This document shows positions 13,546 through 28,180 of a DNA stretch of 64,000 bases, in pieces (position 1 is the stretch's first letter; every line of letters begins with the position of its first letter). A program made the position numbers and the translations under genes. Under the pieces are notes generated by a model. That model did no database searches. It was given only the letters and a program-made list of their open reading frames with translations, and had not been told where the DNA came from. Source of the DNA: Eledone cirrhosa (Eukaryota); contig OZ024749.1 of the NCBI GenBank assembly GCA_964016885.1, positions 31,620,001-31,684,000 of the forward strand. Reading direction: 5' to 3'.

Positions 13546-14492
13546 GCTGATATTGCTCTTGTTATTGTTGTTGTTGTTGTTGTTGTTATTGTTGTTGTTG
13601 TTGTTGTTGTTATTGTTGTTGCTGATATTGCTCTTGTTATTGTTGTTGTTGTTGCTGTTATTGTTGTTGCTGATATTGCTATTGTTGTTGCTTTTATTGT
13701 TTTTGCTATTGCTTTGTTGTGGCTGGTGTAATTGTTATTGCTGTTGTTGTTGGTATTGTTGTTGTAATGTTGTTGTATTGTTGTTGTAATGTTGTGTTTG
13801 GTGTTGTGTTTGTTGTTGTGTTGTTGTTGTATTGTTGTTGTAATGTTGTTGTAATGTTGCTGTTGTGTTTGTTGTAATGTTGTTGTGTTTGTTGTATTGT
13901 TGTTGTAATGTTGTGTTTGGTGTTGTGTTTGTTGTTGCATTGTTGTTGTATTGTTGTTGTAATGTTGTGTTTGGTGTTGTGTTTGTTGTTGCATTGTTGT
14001 TGTATTGTTGTTGTAATGGTGTTGTAATGTTGCTGTTGTGTTTGTTGTAATGCTGTTGTGTTTGTTGTATTGTTGTTGTAATGTTGTGTTTGGTGTTGTG
14101 TTTGTTGTTGCATTGTTGTTGTAGTGTTGTTGTAATGTTGTTGTAATGTTGTTGTTGTGTTTGTTGTAATGTTGTTGTGTTTGTTGTTGTGTTGTTGTCG
14201 TAATGTTGTTGTAATGTCGTTGTATTTGGTGTTGTGTTTGTTGTTGTGTTGTTGTATTGTTGTTGTATTGTTGTTGTAATGTTGTTGTATTGTTGTTGTA
14301 ATGTCGTTTTGTTTGCTGTTGTGTTTGTTGTATTGTTGTTGGAATGTTGTTGTAACGTTGTTGTTGTTGTGTTTGTTGTATTGTTGTTGTAATGTTGTTG
14401 TGTTTGTTGTATTGTTGTTGTATTTTTGTTGTAATGTTGTTGTTGTTGTGTTTGTTGTATTGTTGTTGTAATGTTGTTGTGTTTGTTGTTGC
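13345..14492. repeat. (GTT)n-derived minisatellite
   Basis: GTT runs with gctgatattgct and gtaatgttg punctuation. Confidence 0.9.
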
Positions 14493-14611
14493 ATCTATAT
14501 TAGTTGCATGGGTTCTTTGATCCGGTGGTTACTTCTGATCCAAATAACTTTCCATCTGATGCATATTTATGCGATACACGTGCTTATTGTATGAAATCGT
14601 GACGTTCACTC

Positions 14612-14830
14612 CGACGTACAGGGTTTGTTGGTCACTGCTCTCGAGTAAAAGAGGAGATGGCTTCAGACTTCTTGTTGTCGGAAATCTCCTCTACCAGAAA
14701 GCTCAGGTACCAGGATACTACAGCAAGAGACATTGGGATTGACATGGAAGACCTATAAACCTTAATGGGAAACAAAGTCCGTTGGCGTAAAGTTGTGCTT
14801 GCTGTCTCGCCTAAAGGTGACGGATATGGA
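14612..14830 (+). pseudogene. 3' end of an RTE-clade non-LTR retrotransposon ORF
   Basis: RRTGFVGHCSRVKEEMASDFLLSEISSTRKLRYQDTTARDIGIDMEDL*TLMGNKVRWRKVV resembles the RTE C-terminus (RRxxFAGHCxR...DRxxWR); internal stop. Confidence 0.7.
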
Positions 14831-15064
14831 CATAAGTATGAATATGATTTTGTTATTGAAACCGTTCCTAGAAAGGGCTTCGTTATAATAACCCGCACCA
14901 CACTTACTGGAGACGCAGAATAACAAGGGGAGTCATTGAGAAGGTCATGAGATGTGTGGCGAAATTGGTTTCACAATTAAACAACTATCCGGTTTCTAAA
15001 TAAACCCATGAATGGATTAGTTACTATAATAAAAAAAATTGAAGATAAACTCAATTGATACGAA

Positions 15065-15115
<51 letters not shown>

Positions 15116-15116
15116 T

Positions 15117-15158
<42 letters not shown>

Positions 15159-15162
15159 ATAT

Positions 15163-15320
15163 AAATCAGGATATAATCAGTTAGATCATTACTCAACAGA
15201 GTACTCGATATTTGGTGTAGTAGAGTATGGTTATATTAAGCAGAGTCGGGACTCGATGACTGAGCTCTGGAACTGACTACTGAAACAGAAAGAACTCACA
15301 GTCGGGGGTCCCGACTCTTT
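15163..15320. mobile_element. Diverged family A element
   Basis: gagtactcgatatttggtgtagtagagt tail; inverted gagtcgggac/gtcccgactc. Confidence 0.55.
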
Positions 15321-15446
15321 ATAATATATATATATATGGGGGGGGGTTAAAGATAGGAAAAGAGATAGAATGAGAAAGTAGAGGGAGGGAGAGTGAAAGA
15401 GGAACGTGCATCTAATTTATCAGTCAAGTGAGGTTTAAATTATGAC

Positions 15447-15495
<49 letters not shown>

Positions 15496-15871
15496 TATAG
15501 ATAGATAGATAGATATACAGTTAGACAGATAAATAGATAGATAGACAGACAGCTAGATAGATAAAGAGACAGACAGATAGTTAGGCGAAGAGAAGCAATA
15601 AGAAGAAATAAGCACCAATAAGCCTGCAGTATCATATTATATTTTGTTAGAAGTATAGAGAGATAAAAGAAAACTAAAAGCCGTTCCATTGTTTTTGATG
15701 CTAAAAGATGTGGCATTGTAAATGTCATTACTGAAGAATCTCTCAACTGGTTTAAGGTGTTTGCCTTATTCCTACCTTTGACAAACTACCTCAGTTCAAA
15801 GATACACAACTAACCTATTGTCCGCTCATTAACTGAAGCATAAACGACTTTCTCTTTCAGCTAAACGTTGT

Positions 15872-15909
<38 letters not shown>

Positions 15910-15933
15910 CTAAATCTCACTTGATATGTTCTG

Positions 15934-16367
<434 letters not shown>

Positions 16368-16726
16368 TATGTATGTATATATGTATGTATATATGTATGT
16401 ATATATGTATGTATATATGTATGTATATATGTATGTATATATGTATGTATATATGTATATATGTATGTATATATGTATGTATATATGTATGTATATATGT
16501 ATGTATATATGTATGTATATATGTATGTATATATGTATGTATATATGTATGTATATATGTATATACGTGTTGTTTGTAATGCAATGTGTGTGTCGTGAGT
16601 GGTATGTGATGTGATATATATATGTGTGTATATGTGTGTATATGTGTATTTGTGTTGTTTATGTTGTGTTTGTGTGCGCTGATTAGTGTAGTGAGGTGTG
16701 TGTGTGTGTGATACTGTGGTGTGTGT

Positions 16727-16768
<42 letters not shown>

Positions 16769-17198
16769 TGTGAGTGTGTGTTGTCTGTGTGTGTGATAGT
16801 GTGGTGTGTGTGTGTGTGAGTGTGTGTTGTCTGTGTGTGTGTGTGTATGTGTGTGTGTGTGTGATGTGTGTGTGTGTGTGTTGTCTGTGTGTGTATGTGG
16901 TTTTTCACCGTTCACCACACTATATACTATCTAATCTATTAACATTTTGATGTTTGAATACCTTTTGCATATCTCCCCCTCTCTCCCCACCCATCAACAT
17001 CTCCTCGTCTCTCCCTCTCTCTCTCTCTCCCTCTTCCTCCCCCTCTCCCTCTTCCCCCTCTCTCTCTCACTCACTCTCTCCCTCTCCCTTTCCCTCTCCT
17101 TCTCATCATCTCCCTATTCTCTTTCCCTCAATATTTCTCTCCTTTTCTCTGTCTCTTCTCTGCCCCTCACAACTCTCCCAATTCTCTATACTTTAGTG

Positions 17199-17232
<34 letters not shown>

Positions 17233-17925
17233 ACCCCCCCCCCCCTCTCTCTCCCCCCCCCCCCTCTCTCTCTCCCCTCTCTCTCTCTCCCTTTCCCTAG
17301 TTCTCTTTCCACTGTATAGACAATATCCTCTATAGTTCAATATACTCCACAGAACTATCGATATATGATAGTTTACCTATATGATAGTTCAAGAGATGTG
17401 GCAGTCAGGTAAAATGGACGACAGGCCATTCATTGATTTACAAAACTGTTTCAAATCCTACAGTCCTAGCGATCATTCCAGGAGAACATTGACCTCTCAT
17501 CAACTTAATGCTATATAAACGTACTGCTACAGGGATTTCATTGTAAAGGGTCTGACCAAAGGGTTAACATATAAACTAGACTTTGACACAGGAAGAAATC
17601 GAAGTTTTGGTGTTCCTGTTACCTGAAGACTCTTTTGAATATGCTGGCTACATATATACATAGATACACACGCACGTATATACATACATACATACATACA
17701 TACATACATACATACATACATACATACATACATACATACATACATACATACATACATACATACATACATACATACTTATATACATATATCACAAACTCCG
17801 CTCTCACCAAGCGTGAAACTAATAATTCCATGCGTTTGTTTGTTTTTTGTTTCCTGTTTGTTTTTTTCCTTTTTTTTTTGTTATTTCGAACTCTCTCTCT
17901 CTCGCTCTCCCTCTAAATATTATAC

Positions 17926-17985
<60 letters not shown>

Positions 17986-17987
<2 letters not shown>

Positions 17988-18174
17988 CGAAGGAAATGTG
18001 GTAAGGAACCAGGTGGACCATAACGCACCAAAGTACTCAATACTTAGGGTAGTAGAGTGGGTAATAGGAACCAGTATGACCCCGACGGCTGACCTCAAGC
18101 CGTTTCGACGGCTAATTCAGTCCAGAATTAGCCGTCGAAACAGCTTGAGCTCAGCCGTCGGGGTCTTACTGGTT

Positions 18175-18178
<4 letters not shown>
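17986..18178. mobile_element. Family A fold-back element
   Basis: Tail plus palindrome with loop AGTCCA (18119-18124); GAAACAGCTTGAGCTCAGCCGTC half-HHR; TA-flanked. Confidence 0.8.
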
Positions 18179-18214
<36 letters not shown>

Positions 18215-18368
18215 TATTGAAGTTTCCGTTGAAAATAGAATATACACACACCTAACTATATTTCTTAAACAAAAATGTTTATATATTGTATTACCTTTAT
18301 CTATATATATATAATTTTTCTTGCATTTCTTGAGGAGACTTTCCAAATATTTATCTATGTTTTATGTT

Positions 18369-18440
18369 GCCTCGTCCGACGAACGAATGAAGACGTTTCT
18401 TTCGTATTCGTCTTATTCGGGAAACCTCTGGTAATGAGGT
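18369..18440 (+). ncRNA. Hammerhead motif with U4C core change (family G-related, element 18212-18468)
   Basis: GCCTCGT-CCGACGA-CGAATGAAGACG/CGTCTTATTCG-GAA-ACCTCTGGT-A-ATGAGGT. Confidence 0.65.
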
Positions 18441-18465
18441 AATTATTTTGTATTGTTTTTTATAC

Positions 18466-18544
<79 letters not shown>

Positions 18545-19080
18545 TACAACTGTCATTTGCAATCATTTTGGACTTAGTTGTATAGAAGACTATAAGAAAA
18601 GAAAAGCAACAAAAACAACTACAACAAGACTATATGGAAGGAAAACCAACTACAGCAGAAAAAGGAACAACAACAACTACAACAAGAAGTAGATCATCAG
18701 AAAGGATAGACAACAACATTTACAACAATAATATTTACTACAATGACAAAAAAACTATGAAAAAAACAAAAAAAAAAACAAAAAAAATCGGAAATGTAAT
18801 GGCTGTAAGAGCAACCCCTTACCCATATGATATTGATAATATATTGGTGGTTAAAAGGGATCAGAGTTCAATCGGAAGTAAATCCATTAAGACAAATAAT
18901 AGGGCCTAGGGTTAAATTGTTGTGATTTATATCTGGAATTCTTCACAGATATTGGTAAAATACCTTCTTTGTCATCAACATTAAGGCTTAGTTTGTTACT
19001 GTTTATATTTATCTGAGCCTGTATATGTATGTGTAGCTATGTCTATATATATATATATATATATAATATATATATATATA

Positions 19081-19452
19081 TTTCGTTTCTGAATTTGTTT
19101 AGCAAGATTCTTTATCTGAAATCGTGTGTTGAAACCGATATTGTTATACTTTGGGAGGGTCATGTTGCTAATAAGAAACACACGCACCAGACACACACAG
19201 AAACAAAATGGGGTAGGACAGAACAAAGGAGAGGCACAGAAACAAAGAAAGGAATCCCCAGTCACTGAAGAGGTCACAGAGTGTGTGACGAAAGAACTAT
19301 GACAATATATAAACAACTATCTGGTTGTGGAACCAACCAACCAACCAGAAATTTATAAATTTATAAATTTATTATAAATTTATTATAATAAATTGAAGTG
19401 AAAGCAACTGGTGCGTGTGTTTCTTATTGGCAACATGACCCTCCCAAAGTAT

Positions 19453-19460
<8 letters not shown>
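19081..19460. mobile_element. Family C element (inverted tail plus HHR arm)
   Basis: Inverted repeat ~19138-19190/19409-19460; homologous to 27551-28140, 26334-26426 and 61323-61612. Confidence 0.8.
19261..19303 (+). ncRNA. Minimal type I hammerhead ribozyme motif (family C)
   Basis: GTCA-CTGAAGA-G-GTCACA(GAGTG)TGTGAC-GAAAGAACTA-TGAC. Confidence 0.75.
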
Positions 19461-19496
<36 letters not shown>

Positions 19497-19702
19497 TATA
19501 TATATATTCAGGTTTGAGGTTCACCACTGGATAGAGCTGGTCAATTCCGTATGGTCAATCTTAATGTAATAATATGGAGAGTACCCAACGTAAAGCAGTT
19601 CAACCGTCTTTGTTTTTGTAGTTTGTGGTGCTAGTACGGAGTTAAATATTATAATGAAATGACAGGAGGCTGGACTTGTGTAAATCCTTGAAAGGTTTAT
19701 TT

Positions 19703-19758
19703 TACTATGATCATTTCAATGACCGGGTTCCGTATGAATCCGGTGATATCATCAGGTA
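19703..19758 (-). ncRNA. Type I hammerhead ribozyme motif (family I, element ~19508-19864)
   Basis: TAC-CTGATGA-TATCACCGGATTC(ATACG)GAACCCGGTCATT-GAA-ATGATCAT-A-GTA. Confidence 0.75.
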
Positions 19759-19863
19759 TTCGAAATATAATAAGTGAATGTAATAGATAAAATCCTGGGG
19801 CTGAAAATCAAAGACCCAAGGACAACCGCCATCCAGCATCTTCCACCTTTGCCGGTCGCCTTC

Positions 19864-19896
<33 letters not shown>

Positions 19897-19900
<4 letters not shown>

Positions 19901-20100
19901 GGCACAAGGCCATCAATTTTGGGGGATGGGAAGGTCGATCAAATCGACCCCAGTCCGTGACAGGTACTTTATTTTATCGATCTCGTAAAGATGAAAGGCA
20001 AATTTAACCTCGGCAGGATTTGAACTCAGAACGTAAAGGGCCGTAACTCTATACTGCAAAGCATGGAGTCCGACTCTCTACCGTTACTACCAATCCACTG
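19897..20100 (-). mobile_element. OK/Nin-type SINE (long subfamily)
   Basis: Homology to the other copies. Confidence 0.85.
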
Positions 20101-20930
20101 AATAATAAATAAATATAGAAATAACAATAACAACAACAATAATAATGTTGAATATGTTGATCGAAGTGGATAAATGCCAATTTAATCTGATTTAATAAAA
20201 AAAAAATGTTTTTGTTAAAAGGTCAAAATTTGTTCGATACGAAAGCTAGCCCAACCTCCCTCCACAAATCATGAACACATCCATCGGTACCGACACTACC
20301 ACCTTGAAGAGTACCGACATCACCATCACCATCACCATCATCATCACCATCATCGCAAACCATCATACCACCAACGACACTGTTACTACTACAATGAACA
20401 GAACTGATACCATCATCACATCACCAGCATCCCCACCAATAGCAACAAACCCATCATCACCACCATCACCACAAACCATCATACCACCATCGATACCATC
20501 ACTAACACGGAGAACAGACCTGACACCACCATCACCCTCAGCACCACCATCACCACCATCATCGTCACCACCATCATCATAAACCATCATACCACCATCG
20601 ACAGCGACACTACAACCGTGAACAGAACTGATAACACCATCACCATCACCACCACCATTTTCACCACCATCATCATCACCATCATCTCCACCACCACCAC
20701 CACAAACCACCATACCACCATCGATGCCGACACTACCACTGTGAACAATCACCACTATCATCACCATCATCACCATCACCTCAATAAATTCTTGTACCAC
20801 CTCCACCACCATCACAACCCGCTCTCTCTCTCTCTCTCTCGCAGATCTATTTATCTATCTATTTATATGTCCCTCTTTCGCTAACAATCTCTCTCTCATT
20901 CTCTTTCTTTCTCTCTCTCACTCACTCACC

Positions 20931-20984
<54 letters not shown>

Positions 20985-20988
<4 letters not shown>

Positions 20989-21414
20989 GTTTCTACTTTA
21001 GGCACAAGGCCAGCAATCACCCAGTGCATTACTGGTACTTTATTTTATCGACCCCGTAAGGATGAAAGGCAAAGTCAACCTCGGCGGGATTTGAACTCAG
21101 ATCGTAAAGGGACGTAACTCTATGCTTCAAAGCATGGCGTCCGACTCTCTACCGATACTGCCAATCCACCGCCTTATATATATATATATATATAATAATG
21201 GTTTCTTATATAGGCACAAGGCCAGTAATTTGGGGGGAGGGGAAAGTCGATTAAATCGACCTCAGTGCGTGACTGGTACTTTATTTTATCGACCCCATAA
21301 GGATGAAAGGCAAAGTTAACCTCGGCGGGATTTGAGCTCAGATCATAAAGGGACGTAACTCTATGCTGTAAAGCATGGCGTCCGAGCCTCTACCGATACT
21401 GCCAATCCACCGCC
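20985..21414 (-). mobile_element. Two tandem OK/Nin-type SINEs (short 20985-21173, long 21196-21414)
   Basis: Two full copies separated by a TA tract. Confidence 0.9.
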
Positions 21415-21431
21415 TTATATATATATATATA

Positions 21432-21540
21432 ATAATAATAGATAATAGATGTGAAGACTAGATCCGAAGAGGGCTTGATAAGGAGTTTCAGAAGATCCCG
21501 TTAAGGGTGAAGCAGCGATTCTTTAATCTGTTATTTTAAT
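21432..21540. mobile_element. Family H element (inverted tail plus HHR-like arm)
   Basis: gagtttcagaagatcccgttaagggtgaa shared with 36456-36696. Confidence 0.65.
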
Positions 21541-21600
21541 ACATATATATATATATATGCAGAGAGAGAGAGAGAGACAGAGAGAGAGAGAGACAGAGAG

Positions 21601-21678
<78 letters not shown>

Positions 21679-21988
21679 AAGTATAACAAGCTATCCGTTT
21701 ATATTTTATAAATGTATCGATCTATCTCTCCCACTTTCACTATCTCTCGATCCGTCTGTCTGTCTACCTATCTTTCTAACGATCAACTTCCATTTTTATT
21801 TCTCTCTCTGTCTCTCGCCCTCTCTCCCTCTATCTCACTCTCTACATATATAACTCTCTATATATCTACCTATCCCTATCGCTTTATCTCCACTTCTTTC
21901 GTTCCAATATTACCTGGTTATTGTTTATCTCTCGTTTATCTGTATCTACCAACTCGAAATAAGATCTTTCACTACATATATATATATA

Positions 21989-22381
21989 CGAGGGCAATCT
22001 CGAAAGAAAGGTCTCCTTCCGATATTTCAACTTTTCCGTTAAAATCCTGTGGAGGGTGCTTCGGGAAACCCCAGGAACCAAAACGCAGAGAGCATCCAGA
22101 GTGATCCGCCGATCTTTACGCATGTTTTCCTCGGAAGGAGACCTTACTTTTGGGATTGCGCTCTATATAATAACTGCGCGAAATTCGCACTTGGCGGTAG
22201 CGTTCACCGGGAGCTCCATTCTCAACGGCTGCCAAGCCAAGATTGAGCATCCCAGCGAAGTGCGAGCATGCTTTTTTGGGAGTGAAGGAAGAACCAATCA
22301 CAACAGTGTAGCCAACAGCCGTACGGACAGTTTCTCTGCGTTCCCATCGCTTTGGAGACCTTACTTTTGGGATTACCCTCG
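21989..22381 (-). mobile_element. Mariner-family deletion derivative with transposase HTH remnant and three TIR copies
   Basis: TIR cgagggcaatctcgaaagaaaggtctcc (21989) with inverted copies at ~22137-22165 and ~22354-22381; minus-strand RKDRRITLDALCVLVPGVSRSTLHRILTEKLKYRK resembles the mariner second HTH; TA at the left end. Confidence 0.8.
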
Positions 22382-22383
22382 TT

Positions 22384-22610
22384 ATCCAGGGAGTGAAACT
22401 TGGAGTTACTGTAGGTTCACCTGGGTGAGCACTCTATGTTTAGGTTCACTTCAGTTCCGAGGTGTAGAGCTAGACAGAGTGTATTATAGTGAAAAGATAG
22501 CAAGGACGATTGGTTACTCCTTCATTACATTTATTGGCTGGTGACGCGCGTTTCGCCACTGATCAGCTCAAGGTTTGATCTGTATCGATCTTACCCGACT
22601 TTGTAATCTG
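22384..22610 (-). mobile_element. Family B element, single arm
   Basis: Clearly homologous to 8034-8234; gacgcgcgtttc at 22543-22554. Confidence 0.75.
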
Positions 22611-22711
22611 CGTCTCGTCGGACCCCTTGGAATGCTATATATAACTAAACGTTATCGCTCTACATGGCTGAATACAATATATGGAATCTGAGTTTTTCGA
22701 ATATTAATAAT

Positions 22712-22895
22712 TGTTTCTACTTGACGCACAAGGCCAGCAATCACCCAGTGCATTACTGGTACTTTATTTTATCGACCCCGTAAGGATGAAAGGCAAAGTC
22801 AACATCGGCGGGATTTGAACTCAGATCGTAGAGGGACGTAACTATGCTGGAAAGCATGGCGTTCGACCCTCTACCGATACTGCCAATCCACCGCC
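22712..22895 (-). mobile_element. OK/Nin-type SINE with 19-bp TSD
   Basis: TSD tttttcgaatattaataat at 22693-22711 and 22897-22915. Confidence 0.92.
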
Positions 22896-23055
22896 ATTTT
22901 TCGAATATTAATAATAATATTCGATTCGTTTGTAATTATGCAAACAGCCTCTTTTAAGCCATGTCAGTACAGTGAGCCCCTCATCCTTGTTCTAGTGTAT
23001 TTTAGAAAATATCATATATTTTCACAAGCTCTAACAGTTGGCAGGTGAACAGTAC

Positions 23056-23102
23056 ACTGCATTGATGAAGGGTAATCACCCAGAAACATTAGTGTCTGCA
23101 GT
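23056..23102 (+). ncRNA. Type I hammerhead ribozyme motif (C3U variant)
   Basis: ACTGCA-TTGATGA-A-GGGT(AATC)ACCC-A-GAA-ACA(TTAG)TGT-C-TGCAGT (GUC triplet). Confidence 0.75.
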
Positions 23103-23240
23103 ACTGTTTACATGGCAACACAAGAGCAAGAATGAGGGGCTCACTCTACCGGCATGGCTTAAAAGATGCTGTTTGCATAATTGCAAACGAGTCGAATATT
23201 ATTATTAATATTCGAAAAAGTCAGATTACATATATATATA

Positions 23241-23308
<68 letters not shown>

Positions 23309-23378
23309 TATATATATATGTCTATATATATATATATATGTCTATATATATATGTCTATATATATGTCTATATATATA

Positions 23379-23414
<36 letters not shown>

Positions 23415-23417
<3 letters not shown>

Positions 23418-23507
23418 ATGTAGATAGACACAATCATATATATAAATATATGTGTGTGTATATATGCATTGTGTGTTTGTGTGTGTATATATACATATAT
23501 ATATATA

Positions 23508-23596
<89 letters not shown>

Positions 23597-23689
23597 GCAT
23601 ATATATATATATGTATATATACACACACAAACACACAATACATATATACACACACATATATTTATATATATGATTGTGTCTATCTACAT

Positions 23690-23692
<3 letters not shown>
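23415..23692. repeat. Palindrome of low-complexity host DNA centred on (TA)n
   Basis: gtcatgtagatagacacaatc... / ...gattgtgtctatctacatgac, ~95-bp arms with about one mismatch. Confidence 0.85.
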
Positions 23693-23783
<91 letters not shown>

Positions 23784-24444
23784 CGCTCTCCTCCTCAAGC
23801 TATAACTAACTTATCCACCACCAATTCCTCCAACTCTAACCTACAGTGTTTTTATTTTCCTTTCATCACAAACGTTGCGCTTTTTCCTGCCACCTCACCT
23901 CCTGGACAAATTTTGCTCATTTTGACGTCTTCACATCATCTTTAACTTTATTTACAGTTTTCTAATGCTTCAAAGACCCATCCCTCTACTTCTCATACAA
24001 TCTCTCTACCTTCCAACACCATCCTTCCACGTCTCAGCCCAACCTCCTATCTTCCACACCATCCTACTACATCCCAAAGCATACGCTTCAAACTACACAA
24101 CCCATCCCAAAACACACCCATTAATATAACTTATACATATACATACATGTAAAGGTACATTTACACACGAATACATTCGTATACAAACACATATGTAACT
24201 AAAAATGCATGCAAAAACACAAATAAACAGCTACACACACACACACACACATATATATATCCTTACACGTGTAGATAAAAAGCAATCATATGAAATCTCA
24301 TACACACATTCACACATATGTATATATACGATATATACACACACAAACATATAATCCAAAAATTAGACAAACACACAAACGCACAAACACACACAAATAT
24401 ATATATACATAAATATATATATATATATATATATATAATTAATA

Positions 24445-24531
<87 letters not shown>

Positions 24532-24549
24532 ATAAATATATATATATAC

Positions 24550-25322
<773 letters not shown>

Positions 25323-25325
25323 TAT

Positions 25326-25409
<84 letters not shown>

Positions 25410-25850
25410 TAATGATTCCTCAACTTCTTTCGAAGCTAAGTATTTCTAGCTATTTTTTCATATTTTTCTATGAAAATTAGTTCATTATTTATTTTAAGTT
25501 ATCACTTTAAATATTTGATTTCTGTCATAATATAGTTATATATCTGTACATACATATATACATACATGCATACATTTATACATATATATATATATTCATA
25601 ACTACATATATTCATACATACCCACATAACTACATACATACATAAATACAGGCATATATACAAATTCACAAACACACATATATATATGTGTGTGTGTGCG
25701 TGTGTGTGTCTACCTATGTGTGCGTATATACAAAGCGTATATACAAACAGGATATCCCAACATGAAGGAAGCCTTTCGACATATATATTATGCGCTATAT
25801 TAAGAAAGTTAAAGCACATACACGCTAGAACACATTCACACGCTCATATA

Positions 25851-25947
<97 letters not shown>

Positions 25948-26224
25948 ATATATATATATGTATGTATAAACACACATATATACACATGTACATGAGATGT
26001 GTTTCGGCGTGTGTGTGTATATGGATATATATATACATATACATATATATATATATATATATTATTCTTTAGTTGCTTGCTCATATGATTTAAAAATATA
26101 TTCTTTTATATCGATCTTATGTCACTTTTCGCCTTCATAATAATTTTGTGGTGTCAATTGTACATATTTGTTCATTTTAATGTTTGCTTATATATATGTT
26201 TACATCTCTCACACTCTTTCTTTG

Positions 26225-26305
<81 letters not shown>

Positions 26306-26333
26306 ATCTGTATTCATATATATATAAATATAT

Positions 26334-26422
26334 ATTGTTATACATTGGGAGGGTCATGTTGCCAATAAAATGTTTCAACACATATTTTGCGATAAGAAAT
26401 CTCGCAAAACAAATTCAAAAAC

Positions 26423-26426
<4 letters not shown>
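26334..26426. mobile_element. Family C minimal remnant (inverted short arm plus tail)
   Basis: attgttatacattgggagggtcatgttgccaataa joined to tttcaacac...aattcaaaaacgaat. Confidence 0.7.
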
Positions 26427-26512
<86 letters not shown>

Positions 26513-27051
26513 ACAAGCAGAAATACATAATACTGATAACAAATAGTAGTATAAGGAAAAGGTGTAGAAGAAGATATGATAAGAAACGCCATATTGACCA
26601 GCCCTTCCTTAGCAATGAGTTTCGGAAGACCTATAGAATTCTATATATCAAGATAGTTCCGTTATATCACCTAAGAATTGAAACCCGTTGGTTGATGCTT
26701 TCTCAACCATTTACTTTTGTTTTTGTGCATTTCACAAGAAAGCCCCAATTACGAAAGAAATATGTTGTTGAAATGATTATAATACATCTTTCAACAGTGC
26801 ATAAGGAAGAAAAAATGTTTAAATGGTGATAAAATATTTAAATAAATATGAAATATTCAAGCGGTTATATCAAGAGCAAACATACAAGCTAGAAGTAAAA
26901 CAATGTATGTGTGTGTTTCTAACGAGCAATTGTAAATACAGTCAATTATAAGTGCGACATTTGTGTAACTAATAAACAAAATGGCGACTATTAGCCACAG
27001 ATTAAAAAACATAAAAGTACAACAGGAGATATATATATATATATATATATA

Positions 27052-27524
27052 TAAAATAAAGTTAAATAAAAAGTCAAATGTTTAAAATTTAGCTTCGTTT
27101 ATTACTGCTATATATATTTCAGTGACAGCCATCTTTGGCTGTGACCTCTTCAGGCAGTTTGAATTAGTGTGGTATAGACAAGTACATATGTTGTTGAGGA
27201 ACTGGAATCATATGATTCCAGTTCCTCAGTGAAATAACAACCCAACCAGGAACTGGGCATATCAGAGTATTGACAAAATTATACACCTCGACAACATATG
27301 TACTTGTCTATACCACACTAATTCAAACTGCCTGAAGAGGTCACAGCCAAAGATGGTTGTCACTGAAATATATATAGCAGTAATAAACGAAGCTCAATTT
27401 TAAACATTTGACTTTTTATTTAACTTTATTTTACATTACTCCGGAGTAACCAAACCAACCTGCGCACTTCGTCGAGTGCCCCAGCCTGCATACTGAGGTG
27501 TTGGTATACAACCAACATATACTG
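27052..27524. mobile_element. Family K fold-back element with two HHRs and a tail
   Basis: ~148-bp inverted arms 27052-27199/27285-27433; nested 34-bp palindrome 27195-27228; tail 27434-27524. Confidence 0.8.
27327..27381 (+). ncRNA. Type I hammerhead ribozyme motif (mirror copy 27104-27158 -)
   Basis: ACTGC-CTGAAGA-GGTCACAGCC(AAAGAT)GGTTGTCACT-GAA-ATATATAT-A-GCAGT. Confidence 0.8.
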
Positions 27525-27550
27525 TATATATATATATATATATATATATA

Positions 27551-28134
27551 TTTCGTTTCTGAATTTGTTTAGCAAGATTCTTTATCTGAAATCGTGTGTT
27601 GAAACCGATATTGTTATACTTTGGGAGGGTCATGTTGCCAATAAGAAACACACGCACCAGTTGCTTTCACTTCAATTTAATTTAATATATATTTATAAAT
27701 TTACAAATTTATAAATTTCTGGTTGGTTGGTTGATTCCACAACCAGATAGTTGTTTATATATATATAGTCATAGTTCTTTCGTCACACACTCTGTGACCT
27801 CTTCAGTGACTGGGGATTTCTTTCTTCGTTTCTGTGCCTTTCCTTTCTTCTATCCTACGCCATTTTGTTTTTGACACACAAACAAAATGGCGTAGGATAG
27901 AAGAAAGGAAAGGCACAGAAACGAAGAAAGAAATCCCCAGTCACTGAAGAGGTCACAGAGTGTGTGACGAAAGAACTATGACTATATATATATAAACAAC
28001 TATCTGGTTGTGGAACCAACCAACCAACCAGAAATTTATAAATTTGTAAATTTATAAATATATATTAAATTAAATTGAAGTGAAAGCAACTGGTGCGTGT
28101 GTTTCTTATTGGCAACATGACCCTCCCAAAGTAT

Positions 28135-28140
<6 letters not shown>
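27551..28140. mobile_element. Family C fold-back element; 530-bp near-perfect palindrome 27610-28140
   Basis: ~260-bp arms centred near 27875; tail 27551-27609; TA-flanked. Confidence 0.85.
27939..27983 (+). ncRNA. Minimal type I hammerhead ribozyme motif (mirror copy 27767-27811 -)
   Basis: AGTCA-CTGAAGA-G-GTCACA(GAGTG)TGTGAC-GAAAGAACTA-TGACT. Confidence 0.8.

Positions 28141-28180
<40 letters not shown>

Larger units (their letters stand above)
22683..23230. mobile_element. Family J fold-back element with internal HHR; left arm interrupted by a SINE
   Basis: Inverted arms ~22897-22995/23120-23230 continuing to 22683-22711. Confidence 0.75.

Noticed and set aside
17340-17640. Unique island as a coding exon
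   Set aside because: No long open frame with convincing splice sites or a recognisable peptide.
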